This document shows, piece after piece, positions 34,701 through 47,779 of a DNA stretch of 64,000 nucleotides (position 1 is the first letter of the stretch; every line of letters starts with the position of its first letter). The notes below the pieces were generated by a model. The model was not told where the DNA came from and did not search any database. It saw only the letters and a program-made list of their open reading frames with translations. The position numbers were made by a program, and so were the translations under genes. The stretch comes from Octopus bimaculoides (taxonomy: Eukaryota): the NCBI RefSeq assembly GCF_001194135.2, contig NC_068982.1, positions 52,006,283 through 52,070,282 of the forward strand, read 5' to 3'.

Positions 34701-37700
34701 GAGCAGATATGGTAACAATTATGTGAATGAACAAATAAAACTGCTTGGGCTTGATATAATACATACTTACACACACACACACACACACGAGCACATAGGT
34801 GCAAAACAAGGTGAAAAAATTGTACTCAAATACCAAAGGTAGAGTAAAATAATATTTTATTAAAACTGAGAAGTTTTCACAAACTGTCACTCAGAGTTCA
34901 GTTAACTGAAACTTTGGATAAGTTTGTGATTTTCTTTAGCATCAAGTACATAATATATATATATATATATATCATGTTATTCTAAGAAGTGGTGCACGGT
35001 ACCAGAATTTTTGACTTGAGTCAAATATAATAACAAACTACTCAAATTTGTTGTTAGAGCATGCACATAAATGGAGTCTGAACCAGGTAGTTCAGATTGG
35101 CATCAAGTTATATAAGTTGCAAAAATGAAGTGAAACTAAACAATATTTTGAAATCATTTAATATGTATGTTTCAGATCTGAATAATACATAATAGGAAGT
35201 GCATCCTTTATGTAAGATCTTTCATAAACTGCTTCATATTTTGGAATGTTTTAACTGAGAAAGGTCTTACATAATGGGTGCATTTCCCATTAAATATTAT
35301 ACAGACCAAAAACATATGTATTAAATGATTTCAAAATGTCACTATTTGATTTGATTTCATACATATATTTAATGGGCTTCTTTCAGTTTTCATCAACCAA
35401 ATCCATTCACAAGGCTTTGGTTGGCTGAGGATATAGTAGAAAACACTTGTCCAAAGTGCAACACAGTGGGATTGAACGTGGAATGAAGTAGTTGGGAAGC
35501 GAACTACTTGAGTCAGTCAAGCCTGCGCATGTCTTTACTTTGATAACATGCACTTAGTCCAACCTTTGTGGTGACAGGTAATAGAAAGAACATTCAGCAA
35601 TCACAACCATGCCAAAAATATATTGGACACAAATGACAACAGAGTTGGCTAGTTTTTCTCTGCTGTTGTGTGTGCCAGGTAACAAAGGGCTGTGACGAGG
35701 AGTGAGGTGCCATGAGACCCGCCCAAACATTAGCAGCATGGAAAAATAGCTGTAACAATTACAATGATAAATAGAGTTAAAGTATTAATCCAAGCTAATT
35801 GGACAGCACTTAACTAATTAGATGTTACACACAATGTAAATTGATAATCACAATATAATTAAAATAGAGTAAATATCTAATTAGTTCTGATTATGCTTAC
35901 ATAAAAAAAAAAGATGTCAGAAAAAAACAAAACAAATGAATAAGCTGATGTACAATAGTTATTCAATAGTATATTTGTTACTGATTTGAACTTCATACAA
36001 ATTATTCAAATATTTCAATAGACCTTAAAGAAAAGACTTTATTAAAGATCTTAAAAAACCAATAAAATTTAAATTTAGTCTCTCTTTATTTTAATTTTAA
36101 AGTATCAATAATTTTTTTTTACTATTCATGGTTAATGTTTGTTGATATTTGTTGTATTTAATGGTGTAGTACTGATTTCAAATTTTGACACACGGCCAGT
36201 GTTCAACTAGTACTTATTTTATCAACTCTGAAAGGATGAAAGGTAAAGTTGACCTCAGAATGCAAGGATGGTCAAAATTCTATTAAGTATTTTGCCCTGG
36301 CCCAGTTATGATTCTGTCATCTTGCTGCCTTTTTGAATGGTGTATTTGAAGTGCCAAATGAACTCTTTGTATTCTGGTTTTAATTCCTGGTCATAGCCAT
36401 CTAGTATCATCACTAATTCATGCACTGCCCCCCACTGTCCCCTAGTCTGAATCTATAATGAAAAAATAAATTCTATAAAATATCACTTAATAACTAGAAC
36501 ACATATTTAACAAAATTCAAAAAGACCAAGAAAATTTTGGAACAGTTTGAAACAGGTATATAATAAATGCAATGACCGATATTAAACTATTGTGTTCTCA
36601 AGTAACACTACAAAATTCTTACTTGCTCTGATGATAGCAAGAGTAATATTATCTTAAATAAAGTCTATTTTTTAATATAAGTACATCAGAATCTTTGGTT
36701 CCAAAACTTTTCTGGATTTCTGATTTTTCTGAACCCAAGATGGTCACTTTGGTCAACACACTCTAAATTAAACATATATCAAATTTGCTTAAATAATTAA
36801 ATGAAATACAGATATCTATACTTCAGTATAAATGATACAAATTTATTAGTATTGTATTGTGTAAGTCAGCGAAAGGTACCACTGAACTAGTCTGGTGGCT
36901 GCAGTTCTGGACCATTAGTGTCCAGAAAGTCGGTGTTGTACCTGTATACAAAAGAACTAGTAGAGAGTGTACAGGGCAAAGCTAAATATATTACACTATT
37001 TTAGATTTATCTACTAAGTTCAGGTTTTAAATCTGACCTTCTCATTATATGTCTATTAGTAAACATTTAATGACCAATAAGGAAATTTACATTTAAACTT
37101 GATTTATAATATATATAAATCCACAAATGCAATGAAGTTACTAATACACTAGCTGTTAGATGGTATGTTTGAATGAGAGATGCAGTCCCAGGTTAAGATT
37201 CAAAACCATAGCAATCATTTATATTTCTGACATGAAGGATTATTAAGAAAATTAACTGATTGGAATTTTAAAATTCATTTTCTGCATTGCATTTCTGTTT
37301 ACACATTTAAGTCAATATTATGACTGGTAAAACATTTTAGTTAACTGTCTTCAATTCCCATCTTTGGTGACAAATCAGTAGAGTCCAGATAGTTTTTCAT
37401 ATGTTTTTTCTTTCAAATTCTAATACCATGAAACAACTCACATCATGAAAACCAGTTTCTTTTCCTTTCTTTTTGTTTTTTACTGATTGCACTATCAGTC
37501 ATAAAAAGAAAATGCATAAACAATAGCATATAAGAAGTTAAAAGTTTGATTATTAATTACTTGTTTACTATAATTAATAATGTAATGATTATCATAAAAA
37601 AATGTGATTCTATATACAATCACACACACACACATTCTTGCTTGGAACAGTGGATCTTGAAGCACAGAAAGCTATAAATAAGGTGTTGAAAAACCTTTTG

Positions 37701-37989
37701 AATAGAAAAGTCGAAGCTGCTTTCAACTTTTTCTCTCCAAAAGGGTTGTTCAACCCAATATTTACATGGTATTATTTAAAGCTGTATGTGCTTTAGATCC
37801 ACTGTTCCAAAAAAGAATTATTGAATGTTCTCTTGAAAGTTTATAAATTCTTATATCATCAACTATACATACATACATACAGAGTATTTGGGCTAAATCT
37901 GAGGATTTTTTTATGTCTCCATTTTTCAGGAACAGCTTGATGATGTATTGGTGAACAATGACATTGAAGAGCATAAGAATTAAAGTTGT

Positions 37990-38530
37990 AGTTGAGAAAA
38001 AGTTAGTTGACATGGAGGACTGGAAGCCATCTGAATATTGGAAAAGAGTTACTTGTATCAAGATGACTCATACCGGGTATCAAAATGCTGACATCATAAC
38101 TACTGCTCAATGCTCTGTGAACACTGTAAAAGCTGTAAGACATGACATGCACAGCTGCAGTGAAGATGAAAGAGCCATGGCCAACAGAAAAGGACACAGT
38201 AGACATTGTGTCCATATGCCAGAATTCATCCAACTGCAGGACAAGGTAATGGAAGATCTGAGCAAAGGAAGCTGGCTCTGAATGAGGGCCTTGCTACCAC
38301 TCATACTAGAGGCACAAGGGACAAATTCTGACAGCCAAGGCCAAGGAGAACCACTTGATGAAGTCAAAGAAGTTCCTGAACAAGTTGAGGCACCCTGTTG
38401 TGCTGAAGTTGATCTGAGTCTTCTCAGATGAAAATAACTGCCAGGACCAGTTGCACAACACCTACAATCCATGTGGTGTCCCACATATGAAAACCAAGTT
38501 CCCCCAAACTGTGATGGTCTTTGAGTGTGT
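37990..38530 (+). mobile_element. Tc1/mariner superfamily transposase 5' fragment (maT/DD37D-like), frameshifted
   Basis: MEDWKPSEYWKRVTCIKMTHTGYQNADIITTAQCSVNTVKAVRH (HTH-like) followed by KTKFPQTVMVF. Confidence 0.6.
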
Positions 38531-38539
38531 GTATATATT

Positions 38540-38720
38540 ATTCAAAACAGTTTGATTTGGATTCTGTGCTACTTTAAGTTTTGAAGCCCCCAACAGAGCC
38601 TATCTCATCAGGCTGGTAAGAATCCAAATTAGTTTCTTACTAGCCTGATGAGGCAGGCTCTGTTAGGGGCTTCAAACCTTGAAGTAGCACAGAATCGGAA
38701 TCAAACGGTTTTGAACAATA
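38540..38720. repeat. Imperfect inverted repeat, ~80-bp arms, ~11-nt spacer
   Basis: TTCAAAACAGTTTGATTTGGATTCTGTGCTACT...GGTAAGAA versus TTCTTACTAG...AGTAGCACAGAATCGGAATCAAACGGTTTTGAA. Confidence 0.9.
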
Positions 38721-38795
38721 CATGTAAATCCCAGCCCGCTCACTCACATATATATATATATATATATATCAGGTTTGGAGGTGATGTACAGGTAT

Positions 38796-39110
38796 TATAT
38801 ATTAGAAAAAATAAGGTACTCAGAGATCTGGATGGTTGTACATTTACAGATTTTTATTAGTATGTCACATGTTTTTATGAATCATATATTAGTGCTTTCA
38901 TCTACTCTAATAGATTCTTCAGGTTTAAATTTTTTTGAAGGGATTCATCTCTTTTTATAGTATTATTGAGTACGAATCCCTTCAAAAAAATTTAGATGTA
39001 AAAAATCTATTAGAGTAGATGAAAGCGCTAATATATGATTTATAAAAACATGTAACATATCAATAAACATCTGCAAATGTACAACCATCCAGATCTCTGA
39101 GTACCTTATT

Positions 39111-39125
<15 letters not shown>
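38796..39125. repeat. Inverted repeat, ~150-bp arms, ~27-nt spacer, flanked by (TA)n
   Basis: the two minus/plus ORFs 38648..38860 and 38963..39187 share the peptide LEKIRYSEIWMVVHLQ because they are mirror copies. Confidence 0.92.
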
Positions 39126-39163
<38 letters not shown>

Positions 39164-39559
39164 GTGTGTGTATACATAAATACACACATATACAAAGTTT
39201 AGAGTTTATTACAGATTTCTTTGACACAAAACTAGACACATTTAAGGCTAGTGTGTGATATCTATGATCATTGTAAGTACTAACCTTGTCCTGCTAGTGG
39301 TTCAATTTGTAATTTGAGTCTAACAACCCTTGCGTTAGAGAAAAAATAAAATTCATGAACCCAGCATTGAGCAGGGGTTTTTTTTTGTGCCTTTCTCAAA
39401 TATAACATAAGAGAATTTCATTGAAGGGGAGTGGGAGAGTAAGGTAGCAAATTTTGAATCAGTCTATGACATACATATAAAAATGCTTAATTAATGTAAT
39501 CAAGGCTACAATATAATCCTTTATTGACCCTTTAGCATTCAGATTATTCAGTCAAATGT

Positions 39560-39995
39560 AATGTTATCAAGTACCTGTAGAAAAAGGGTTTAGTTATGAA
39601 GGATATTCATGCTTGCATGGCTGCTTACATTAGGGGATGATGCTCCAGCTTTATCAACAGTGAAAAAGTGGGCAGCTGAATTTAGGAGGGGAAGGGAGAG
39701 TCTTGAAGAAGACTAAAAGATGACCAAGGAAAATATTGATCATGTTCATCATATGCTGATGGATGATAGGCAAATGACTATAAATCAAATTAGCCAATGC
39801 TGTTAGCATATCCCATGAGAAAGTTGAGAATATTCTGCATAGTAAACTTGGCATGATGAAAGTTTCTGCTCAGTGGGTGCCATGTCTTCTGACATGTGAT
39901 CAAAAGCACACCGAGCTGATCACATCAAGGGAAAATCTAACATTGTTTGGGGTAAATCCAGCTGGTTTCCTTAAATGTTTCCTTACCCAAGATGA
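39560..39995 (+). mobile_element. Mariner (irritans/Himar-like) transposase fragment
   Basis: TLGDDAPALSTVKKWAAEFRRGRESLEED...ENIDHVHHMLMDDRQMTI...LGMMKVSAQWVPCLLT...FLKCFLTQDE, containing the WVP and T-x-DE motifs. Confidence 0.85.
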
Positions 39996-40099
39996 GTTAG
40001 AGACAGAGAGATATTTCATGCAATAGAAACACCTGCTTGTATTTAATATGCAAGTAGGTATCCACAGCGTTCAATTTTCAGTACCCTTCTATTTATCAT

Positions 40100-40930
40100 A
40101 GTTATTCAGACTAATCTTAGGATTATGAGGTTCCAAAGAAAACCTATCAAAAACAAAAGTCTTTGTTAACAAGAAAGAAGCTAGGACTCTACGGCCCTCA
40201 GCGGGGTAGCCATACAAAAAACCAGTAGATATGAACTTTGTGCTGTGTAGAAAATGTGAACTGCAGATGAACACAAGATGTAGTTTAATCAAAGGAAAAA
40301 TTAACAGAAGGGAAATTACTTAGAATGTTACAGACGCACAAGAGTAGTTAGCAGTAAGAATAACTAGAAATAAAATTCTTTGAAAAATTCATGAAGCTCT
40401 ATAGAGATAACTGATGACTTCTGATACATAGGTGACATGCATGGCAGCCAGAATAAAAATGAAGTGGAAAAAATTCAGGAAGCAATTACCTCAGCTGACA
40501 AAGAGGTTTTGTAGTGATTGCAAAGAAAAACAGCTATAAATGAATTGCTTGTGAGAGTCATTACTGTCAGCAAGATTAGAATTAACAATGAGTTCAGTAA
40601 TTTAGCGTGTATGATGCTTATATACAAAAGAGCAATGGTGTATGGTAGCAAAACATAGGCACTAAATGTGGAGGATATGCTAGTAGTGGAAAAAAATAGA
40701 ACATGTTTCACTAGATCTATAATGTTAGTGCACATGAATGACAGCACAAATGACCTGAGAAAAAAAATGGTTATAAGAGGAACCCAGATGACAGCATGCA
40801 AGAAAGATGACTACACTATACAGAGGTGATGTGCATGAGGGATAAAGTGGTAACCAGCAATCTACAAGATGAAGAAGAAAAAAACTAAAAAAAAAACTGA
40901 GGAACACATGGGAAAGAGTGATGAAAGTTA
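40100..40930 (+). mobile_element. Decayed RTE LINE fragment
   Basis: NLSKTKVFV...FVLCRKCELQMNTRCSLIKG; AMVYGSKT*ALNVEDM. Confidence 0.6.
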
Positions 40931-41049
40931 ATCTCATAAAAAGGATGACAAAGAATCACAATAAATTATAAGATCCTGTGTTAGAGAAGATTTGTCTAAC
41001 CAATGTATGCATGAAATAGCAAACATAAATTGATGATGATAATTCCAAG

Positions 41050-42197
41050 CATTGGGTTGGCTAAAAAGTTTGTTTGCTTTTTTCCTTGATGCACCCGTAC
41101 TCATTTGGTACCTGACACACAAACGTAGCTTGATGTAAATTTGTGACAAGACAGGTTGTACATTGTGTGCTTAAGATCACTCTGAAAATGGGGGACCAAA
41201 ATGAACTTTATCAACACAGGCGTTTTTTTTTTATTTTGGAAACCTGCAGGAAGATATCTGGCGTGTACAGAGAGGATGCTGTTATGGAATGTGTCAGAAG
41301 TGGTTTTTAAGATGTCAATCATGAAATTTTTTTGTTCAAAATGTACATTGCTCTGGCTAGCCAACTGAAATTAACAGCAACAAAGTGAAGGAGTTAGTTA
41401 AGACTAACCCCATTATATGATCAGGATGATCACAGACATTCTCCAAATAGCCAAACTGAGTGTTGAAAACCATCTGCATCAACTTGGTTACATCAACATA
41501 GCTCAATGTTTGGGTCCCACATCAATTGAGTGAGGAGAACATGGCCCAACAAATATCAATCTGTGATTCATTGCAAATGCAAGAAGAAAATCCCTTTTTT
41601 AAAGAGAATGGTAACAGAGAACAAAAAAATGGATTGTTTACAACTATGTAAAGCACAAACAATCATGGGAGAAGCATGGCAAACTACCAAAAACAGCCTA
41701 CAAAGCAAGACTTCATCCGAAGAAGGTTATGCTTTCAATTTGATGGGATTGGAAATGTATCATCTTTTATGAGCTTCTTCCCATGAACAGGATTATCAGT
41801 TTGGATGTATACTGTGACCAGCTGGACAAATTAAATGCAGCAATCTACACTTCTTTGGAATCACAGCAGAAGTTAATGGGGCTTGGATGGAAAGTTTTGT
41901 CTACCTTCCATAGTCACCTGACCAAGTACCTTCAGATTTTCACCTGTTTCAGTCTCTTCAAAATTCACTGAATGGACAGACCTTCAACTGAAGAGGATGT
42001 AAAAATTCACTTGGAAAAGTTTTTCACCAGTAAAGACAGGAAATTCTTTGATCAGGGAATAATGGATCTATCCACAAGACTGTAAAAGGTACTGAAACAA
42101 AATGGCAATTATATCTTTTATTGAATTAATTACTTTATGTTTAAAACTCGTCTTATTTTCTTTTAAAAAAGTGAAAATCTTTTTGGCCAACTCAGTA
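41050..42197 (+). mobile_element. Internally deleted mariner element with terminal inverted repeats
   Basis: TIRs TTGGGTTGGCTAAAAAGTT (41052) and AATCTTTTTGGCCAACTCAGTA (to 42197); decayed transposase WV-PHQLSEEN...FKRMVTENKKWIVYNY...ARLHPKKVMLSI*WDWK...YELLP. Confidence 0.85.
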
Positions 42198-42379
42198 TAT
42201 TACTAAATATAAACAACTTCAGTAAGAGTAAATTCCAACTTTGTCAATATTTAAATGCCGTTTCTTTTTTTTTAGGTCATATTGAAAGTATTGTTTAAAT
42301 GGTATGAGATATGGGTATTAAATGTGTAAGATTTATAGAGGCTGAATCTGGTGTGATTTGTTAGTTGTCTAATGTTAAC

Positions 42380-42700
42380 TTGCATGAAAGTTAGAGTACA
42401 AATGAGCTAGAGTACAACTGGGCATAAAAAGCATCAGCCAATGTATGCGGGAGAGATGGCTGTGTTGGTTATGGATACATGATGAACATTGAGTGTTGGT
42501 TGAAAAAAAGGGTTGTGTTAATAATACAAAATGAATTGGTGGCAAAAGATATGGAAACAAATGGCAAGAGCTGATCTGATGATGATGGGTTTCACAGACA
42601 AGTTGATCGTAATAAGTGGCAATATACCATATAATAGCACCTCCAAACCATGTCAACAGACAGAAAAAACATGTTTAAGAAAAATGATAATGATGATGCT
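42380..42700 (+). mobile_element. Decayed RTE LINE 3' end
   Basis: VQLGIKSISQCMRERWLCW...WKQMARADLMMMGFT, then a GAT-rich tail. Confidence 0.6.
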
Positions 42701-42968
42701 GAGTGAATATACAATTACATTATACACACAGAGGCTAAAGTAAACTTAATGAGGCATATCAAGCAATGTATAATTGTTATATAAAGATTAAAAGAACAAA
42801 AACTTGGGCACATGAACCAGCATATGTGTAAATATTTTACTGTAGTAGAAAGATTGCCATTAAGTAGGACAAAAAACTGCAAACATTTGCTTTAAATGTT
42901 TACTGTGGCTGTATATTTGAAACCAGACAGGCTACAATAAATATAGCTGAGCAAATCTATCTCATTCA

Positions 42969-43006
<38 letters not shown>

Positions 43007-44229
43007 CATACATAAATACACACACACATGCATAAAAGGAATATTGAAAATAAAGTGAAATATTTTGAATAATATTTGTTTCTATTTTGTATTCCTTTTC
43101 CTCTAATGACACATCATTATCATTACTATTTTAATGTCTACTTTTCATATATGTTTCACATGTCATTGGCAGATATTTTTTTAATATAAATATTTGAAAA
43201 TTTCAAGGTAAGCATATTTTCAAAGTAGTTTTCTTTTCTTAAGTGAAGTGAATAAAAAAAAACCTTTAGAGATTAACCAAACATTGTGAAGCAATGGCAA
43301 AATATCTATGAAGTTCTAACATGAATATTTTAGCAACTTTTGTAGTTACTTACTAAAGATATTTATGCTTTATAAATAATATAAATAAATGAAAAATGTT
43401 CTATGTTAAAGATTTAATCAAAATTCTGTCATGTTTTTTTTTGTGTGAAAAATGAATATGAATTAAGTTAAAAAGCAGCACTAATGAATGTATATTTCAA
43501 AGATATTTTCTCCTCTTACCTCAACCAAAAAATGCAATACATAATCAAAATAATTACAAATCATTTTAAAATAAATTACATGACTGTCAGACAAATAGGG
43601 ACACTTTAGAAAATAAAGAATAAAATAATGTATGTTAATCTCAAAAAAGGGAACCGACAGATGAAAAAGTGAGAGTTTGGACTATTCATTCTCAACCCAT
43701 ATGAATATTTTCATTGTAAGATAATTTTTTTAAAGACAATTTAGAATGTTTATTTTTGTCTCACTTTTCTCTCTCTCAAGATGACGAGATTGTTCAAGAA
43801 GTTGTCATTGCCCTATTGGCATGTTAAATAACTACACAGAAGCTCATTCTGTATGATAAAATAATGATTATTTGAATTTATGGAAAGCATTTAAAAGTGT
43901 TTAAATGACAATTTGAAGAAAAAGATAAGCAATATCTTGTATCAAAAGTGTAACAAATAGGTAGAATAAGATCATCCATATCTTGAATAAATGTGATACA
44001 GAAGCCAACAGAAAGAAAGAAATATGTAACGAGAAATTTTGTTACACAGAAAAAGAATTAGCAGTAAGGCACATCGGCTAGTCATCAATAAAATAACACT
44101 AAAATGATGTGTCTTACGTGTATGGAAGAAAACATTGATACGTGGTACCAGGGGGTTTGTTAAAAATAAATACTAGAACTATCTATTAAGAATGAAAAGC
44201 TCACTGAATTTTAATTTGAGAATTGAAAT

Positions 44230-44520
44230 GGAGCTTCTGGGAAAGCTAAACCAATGGACAGAGTCTGAACATGTGTGTTGCTAAATGCTAAGATGGAAAT
44301 AGTTAAATAGTTTGAAAAAACTTTATGTGCATTACATGTTGGCAGGAAAATAATACATTTGAAACCTTTTACACAAACATCCATTATAGCAAAAGAAAGA
44401 TTGCAAATGATTGGAAGACTAGTATTACCAATTAAGTGGATGGATTGGATAAGAAGCAATGGGACACTACTCCTTAATCGTTGAGCCTTAATTGTAGCCT
44501 TCCACTAATCTAGGCATACT
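44230..44520 (+). mobile_element. Possible pogo/Tigger (CENP-B HTH) transposase remnant
   Basis: plus frame reads LLNAKMEIVK*FEKTLCALHVGRKI...IIAKERLQMIGRLVL with stops; weak resemblance only. Confidence 0.3.
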
Positions 44521-44937
44521 GACGGAATATTAATTCCTTGTAATGAGATATTATAAAATTGTTGGCTTTATGCTGGTCTTTAAAAAGCAGCATGGTTACT
44601 TAAAGAACAATGTATCAATGTATAAGTATCTTTCAGTTGGAATTCATTTGTCAGTACCAAACTGAAGAAAACTTTATCTCTTTAAGTTAACAGTTTGTTT
44701 CTGTTGTTTATGAACAGAATAAAATGATTGTTGACTTTTGCATGGTTTAACAAATGATGTTTTATGATTATATTTTTAGATTTTAGCATTGAAAACATGC
44801 TGTATCAGTTCTAACAATTTTGGTACAATGCTAGTTTTAAGTTCGGCAAACAGTATTAAAAAGTAGCATGAGGCATTCATAGATGGTGTGATGCTTCTAG
44901 AATATTAATTGTCAAGAGATCAGTAAGAAAGCTTTGC

Positions 44938-44969
<32 letters not shown>

Positions 44970-46181
44970 TAACCAGAAAAACCATTTATTATTCGGAAAT
45001 ATATTAAATTATTATCCAACAATAATAAGTTTATGATGGTGGAATTCCAATAAAGCAATTTTTCAAAATTTTGTTTTCAAAGCAAAGTTTTCTAAAATAA
45101 AATACGGCATCTCTGACATTACATGAAATTTTTTTTCTCTGTTTTAAACGAGTGGTTTCCAACATTTCTATCATCCCATCACCCTATCTCTGTATGCTTA
45201 AGGTATGTGACACCTTTGTTTTATTCTAATAGAGAAAACCTGTTGTGCCCTTAGTGCTGTTTTCTCACTCTCTATTTTCCAGTTTTGGAATATAGACTGA
45301 CATTTTTTTCTTAATTTTATTATTTGAATTTAAAAGCTCATGACATTTCAAAGTGAAGTAGAATACTGCTATCGGTTACACCCTGGGGTGTCATGATAAC
45401 TCTGTTGGAAACCTCTGTTTTAAGCAAAAGCACTTTAAAAAAAAAATAATTTTAATAGAATAGAAAAGCAGCTCAATGAATGAGTTGTGGTGACACTGGA
45501 TTTTACAGCTTGAAGTTTATTTCTTATCAGAAATAGCATAGCATTTCATCATTTGAACAGCAATAAAATAAGTACCAATATTATTCAGAGCTATAGGGAG
45601 ATATTTTGATGTTTTTGTAATAATGCTACATATAGCAGTTGTGTAATTGGGAAACAATCTCTTACACTAAGTTATGTGTGTGTGTGTCAAATTAAATACA
45701 CAACCGAAAGAGCTTTTATGCTACTTGAACAGGCATATTTATAAAATACACCATGTATCTTATAGCTATCTTTCAGGCTCTGTTTATGTATTATGTGTGT
45801 GTTTATATATATATATATATATAAATCAGTAAATAGTGGGGTTGTGTTAACCGCACATGGAGAAATAATAGGAAAATGAAAAATAATAATAAGGCAGAAT
45901 GCTAAACTGGAAGCATATTTTAATAAAGATTTCTAACCGGCTTTCATTGCATAGCAAATTTTCAAGAAGAGGGAGAATGAAAATGTTTTTTACAAAGAAG
46001 TACAAAATGAAGAAAATAATATATAAAAAAATAAATATACCAATACATTATATTGTCTTTGAGCTTTTAAAGTTCAATGGTAATTCATGTATATAATGGC
46101 TGGAAAAATAAGGATGCACGAGAATTGAGAGTTGTGTTAGGTTTAAAAAAAGAGAAAAGGGGCTAAAAGTTTGTGTTAAGC

Positions 46182-46352
46182 AGGAAGTGTGTGTATAGGG
46201 GAGACAAATCTTTTTAGTTGGAGTTATGAACTCTTTTTCAACAGGAAGTTTATATTTGTTCTTATTTCTCTAGGAACAGACATAAACTTCCTGTTGAAAA
46301 AGAGTTCATAACTCCAACTAAAAAGATTTGTCTCCCCTTACACGCACTTCCT
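46182..46352. repeat. Inverted repeat, ~80-bp arms (56-bp perfect core), 12-nt spacer, next to an assembly gap
   Basis: 46198-46253 is the reverse complement of the ATAAACTTCC...TGTCTCCCC arm. Confidence 0.92.
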
Positions 46353-46360
46353 ATTTTGAC

Positions 46361-46731
46361 NNNNNNNNNNNNNNNNNNNNNNNNNNNNNNNNNNNNNNNN
46401 NNNNNNNNNNNNNNNNNNNNNNNNNNNNNNNNNNNNNNNNNNNNNNNNNNNNNNNNNNNNNNNNNNNNNNNNNNNNNNNNNNNNNNNNNNNNNNNNNNNN
46501 NNNNNNNNNNNNNNNNNNNNNNNNNNNNNNNNNNNNNNNNNNNNNNNNNNNNNNNNNNNNNNNNNNNNNNNNNNNNNNNNNNNNNNNNNNNNNNNNNNNN
46601 NNNNNNNNNNNNNNNNNNNNNNNNNNNNNNNNNNNNNNNNNNNNNNNNNNNNNNNNNNNNNNNNNNNNNNNNNNNNNNNNNNNNNNNNNNNNNNNNNNNN
46701 NNNNNNNNNNNNNNNNNNNNNNNNNNNNNNN
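46361..46731. other. Assembly gap
   Basis: N run. Confidence 0.99.
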
Positions 46732-46779
<48 letters not shown>

Positions 46780-46780
<1 letters not shown>

Positions 46781-47752
46781 CACATGATTAGAAAGAAAGT
46801 CCTGTCACGTTTTTGTATTTTTGACACAATGACTTTGAGGGGACTTTTTCAATACTTATAGTGAAATAAACATTGACTTTTACATTCTGATGTTTTTTTT
46901 CTTTCTTTGCAGATTACTTTATACTATATTGGTAAATTTTTTATTGATTTTACCCTCAGATGCTGCATGCTTTATAGGAAAGTGGTGCTTATGTTAAAAG
47001 TTGGTGCATGTTTGTTCATCCTCTGAGTGCTTCTCAGCTTAATCAAAGAGTCGCTTACTACTTGTCTTTGAAGAGTAGACAAGCTACCGAATCTTTCCAG
47101 GTACAACCATCACAAGTAATGAAAAGTGGATTCTCTATAACCATAGAAAACGACAATGGTTAGCACCCAATGAAGAAGAACAATTCACGCCCAAACCAGG
47201 GCTACACTTAAAAAAAAAGTTATGTTTATGTGTTTGATGGGATATGAAGGGTGTTGTTATCATGGTATTAAATAAAAACAAAATAGTTACTGCAAAGAAG
47301 TATTGTCATCAACTGGAGGCATTGGACGAAAATTTGCAGAAAAAGCACCGTCATTGGTCAATCCTAAAGAGTGTTGATTTTACATGATAATGCAAGGCTA
47401 CATATTGTCTAAGTTACGCAGGAAAAGATTATGGCACTAAATATGGAAGTTTTGCCTTATCCTCCTTACTCTCCTAACCTTGCTCCATCAGGCTACCATC
47501 TTTTCAGATCACGGCAATATTATTTCAAGGGAAAACAGTTTATTAATTGTGAAGAGGTTAAAATATTGAGTGTTGCTCAGATTCAAAACCTGAAGACTTT
47601 TACACCTGAGGGGATCAACAATTTTTCAAATAGATGGGATTAAATTATCAATAATAAGGGGAAATATCTTGATTAAATATATAAATTAAGACCAAAGAAG
47701 CATTTGTTTCTTTCTAACCTTCAAATGTGACAAGACTTTTTTTCCAACCTTA
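46780..47752 (+). mobile_element. Decayed mariner element with TIRs
   Basis: TIR-like TTAGAAAGAAAGTCCTGTCACGTTT (about 46788) versus AAATGTGACAAGACTTTTTTTCCAACCTTAT (about 47723-47752); transposase remnants HPLSASQLNQRV, SNEKWILYN, PKPGLHLKK, HDNARLH, LPYPPYSPNLAPSGYHLFRS (YSPDL motif). Confidence 0.87.
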
Positions 47753-47779
47753 TGCATATGTGTGTGTGTGTGTGTGTGT

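Noticed and set aside
46978-47100. Apparent clean plus-strand exon (ag|ESGAYVKSW...ATESFQ|gt)
   Set aside because: It is the WVPHxL...TxDEKW region of the surrounding decayed mariner transposase.
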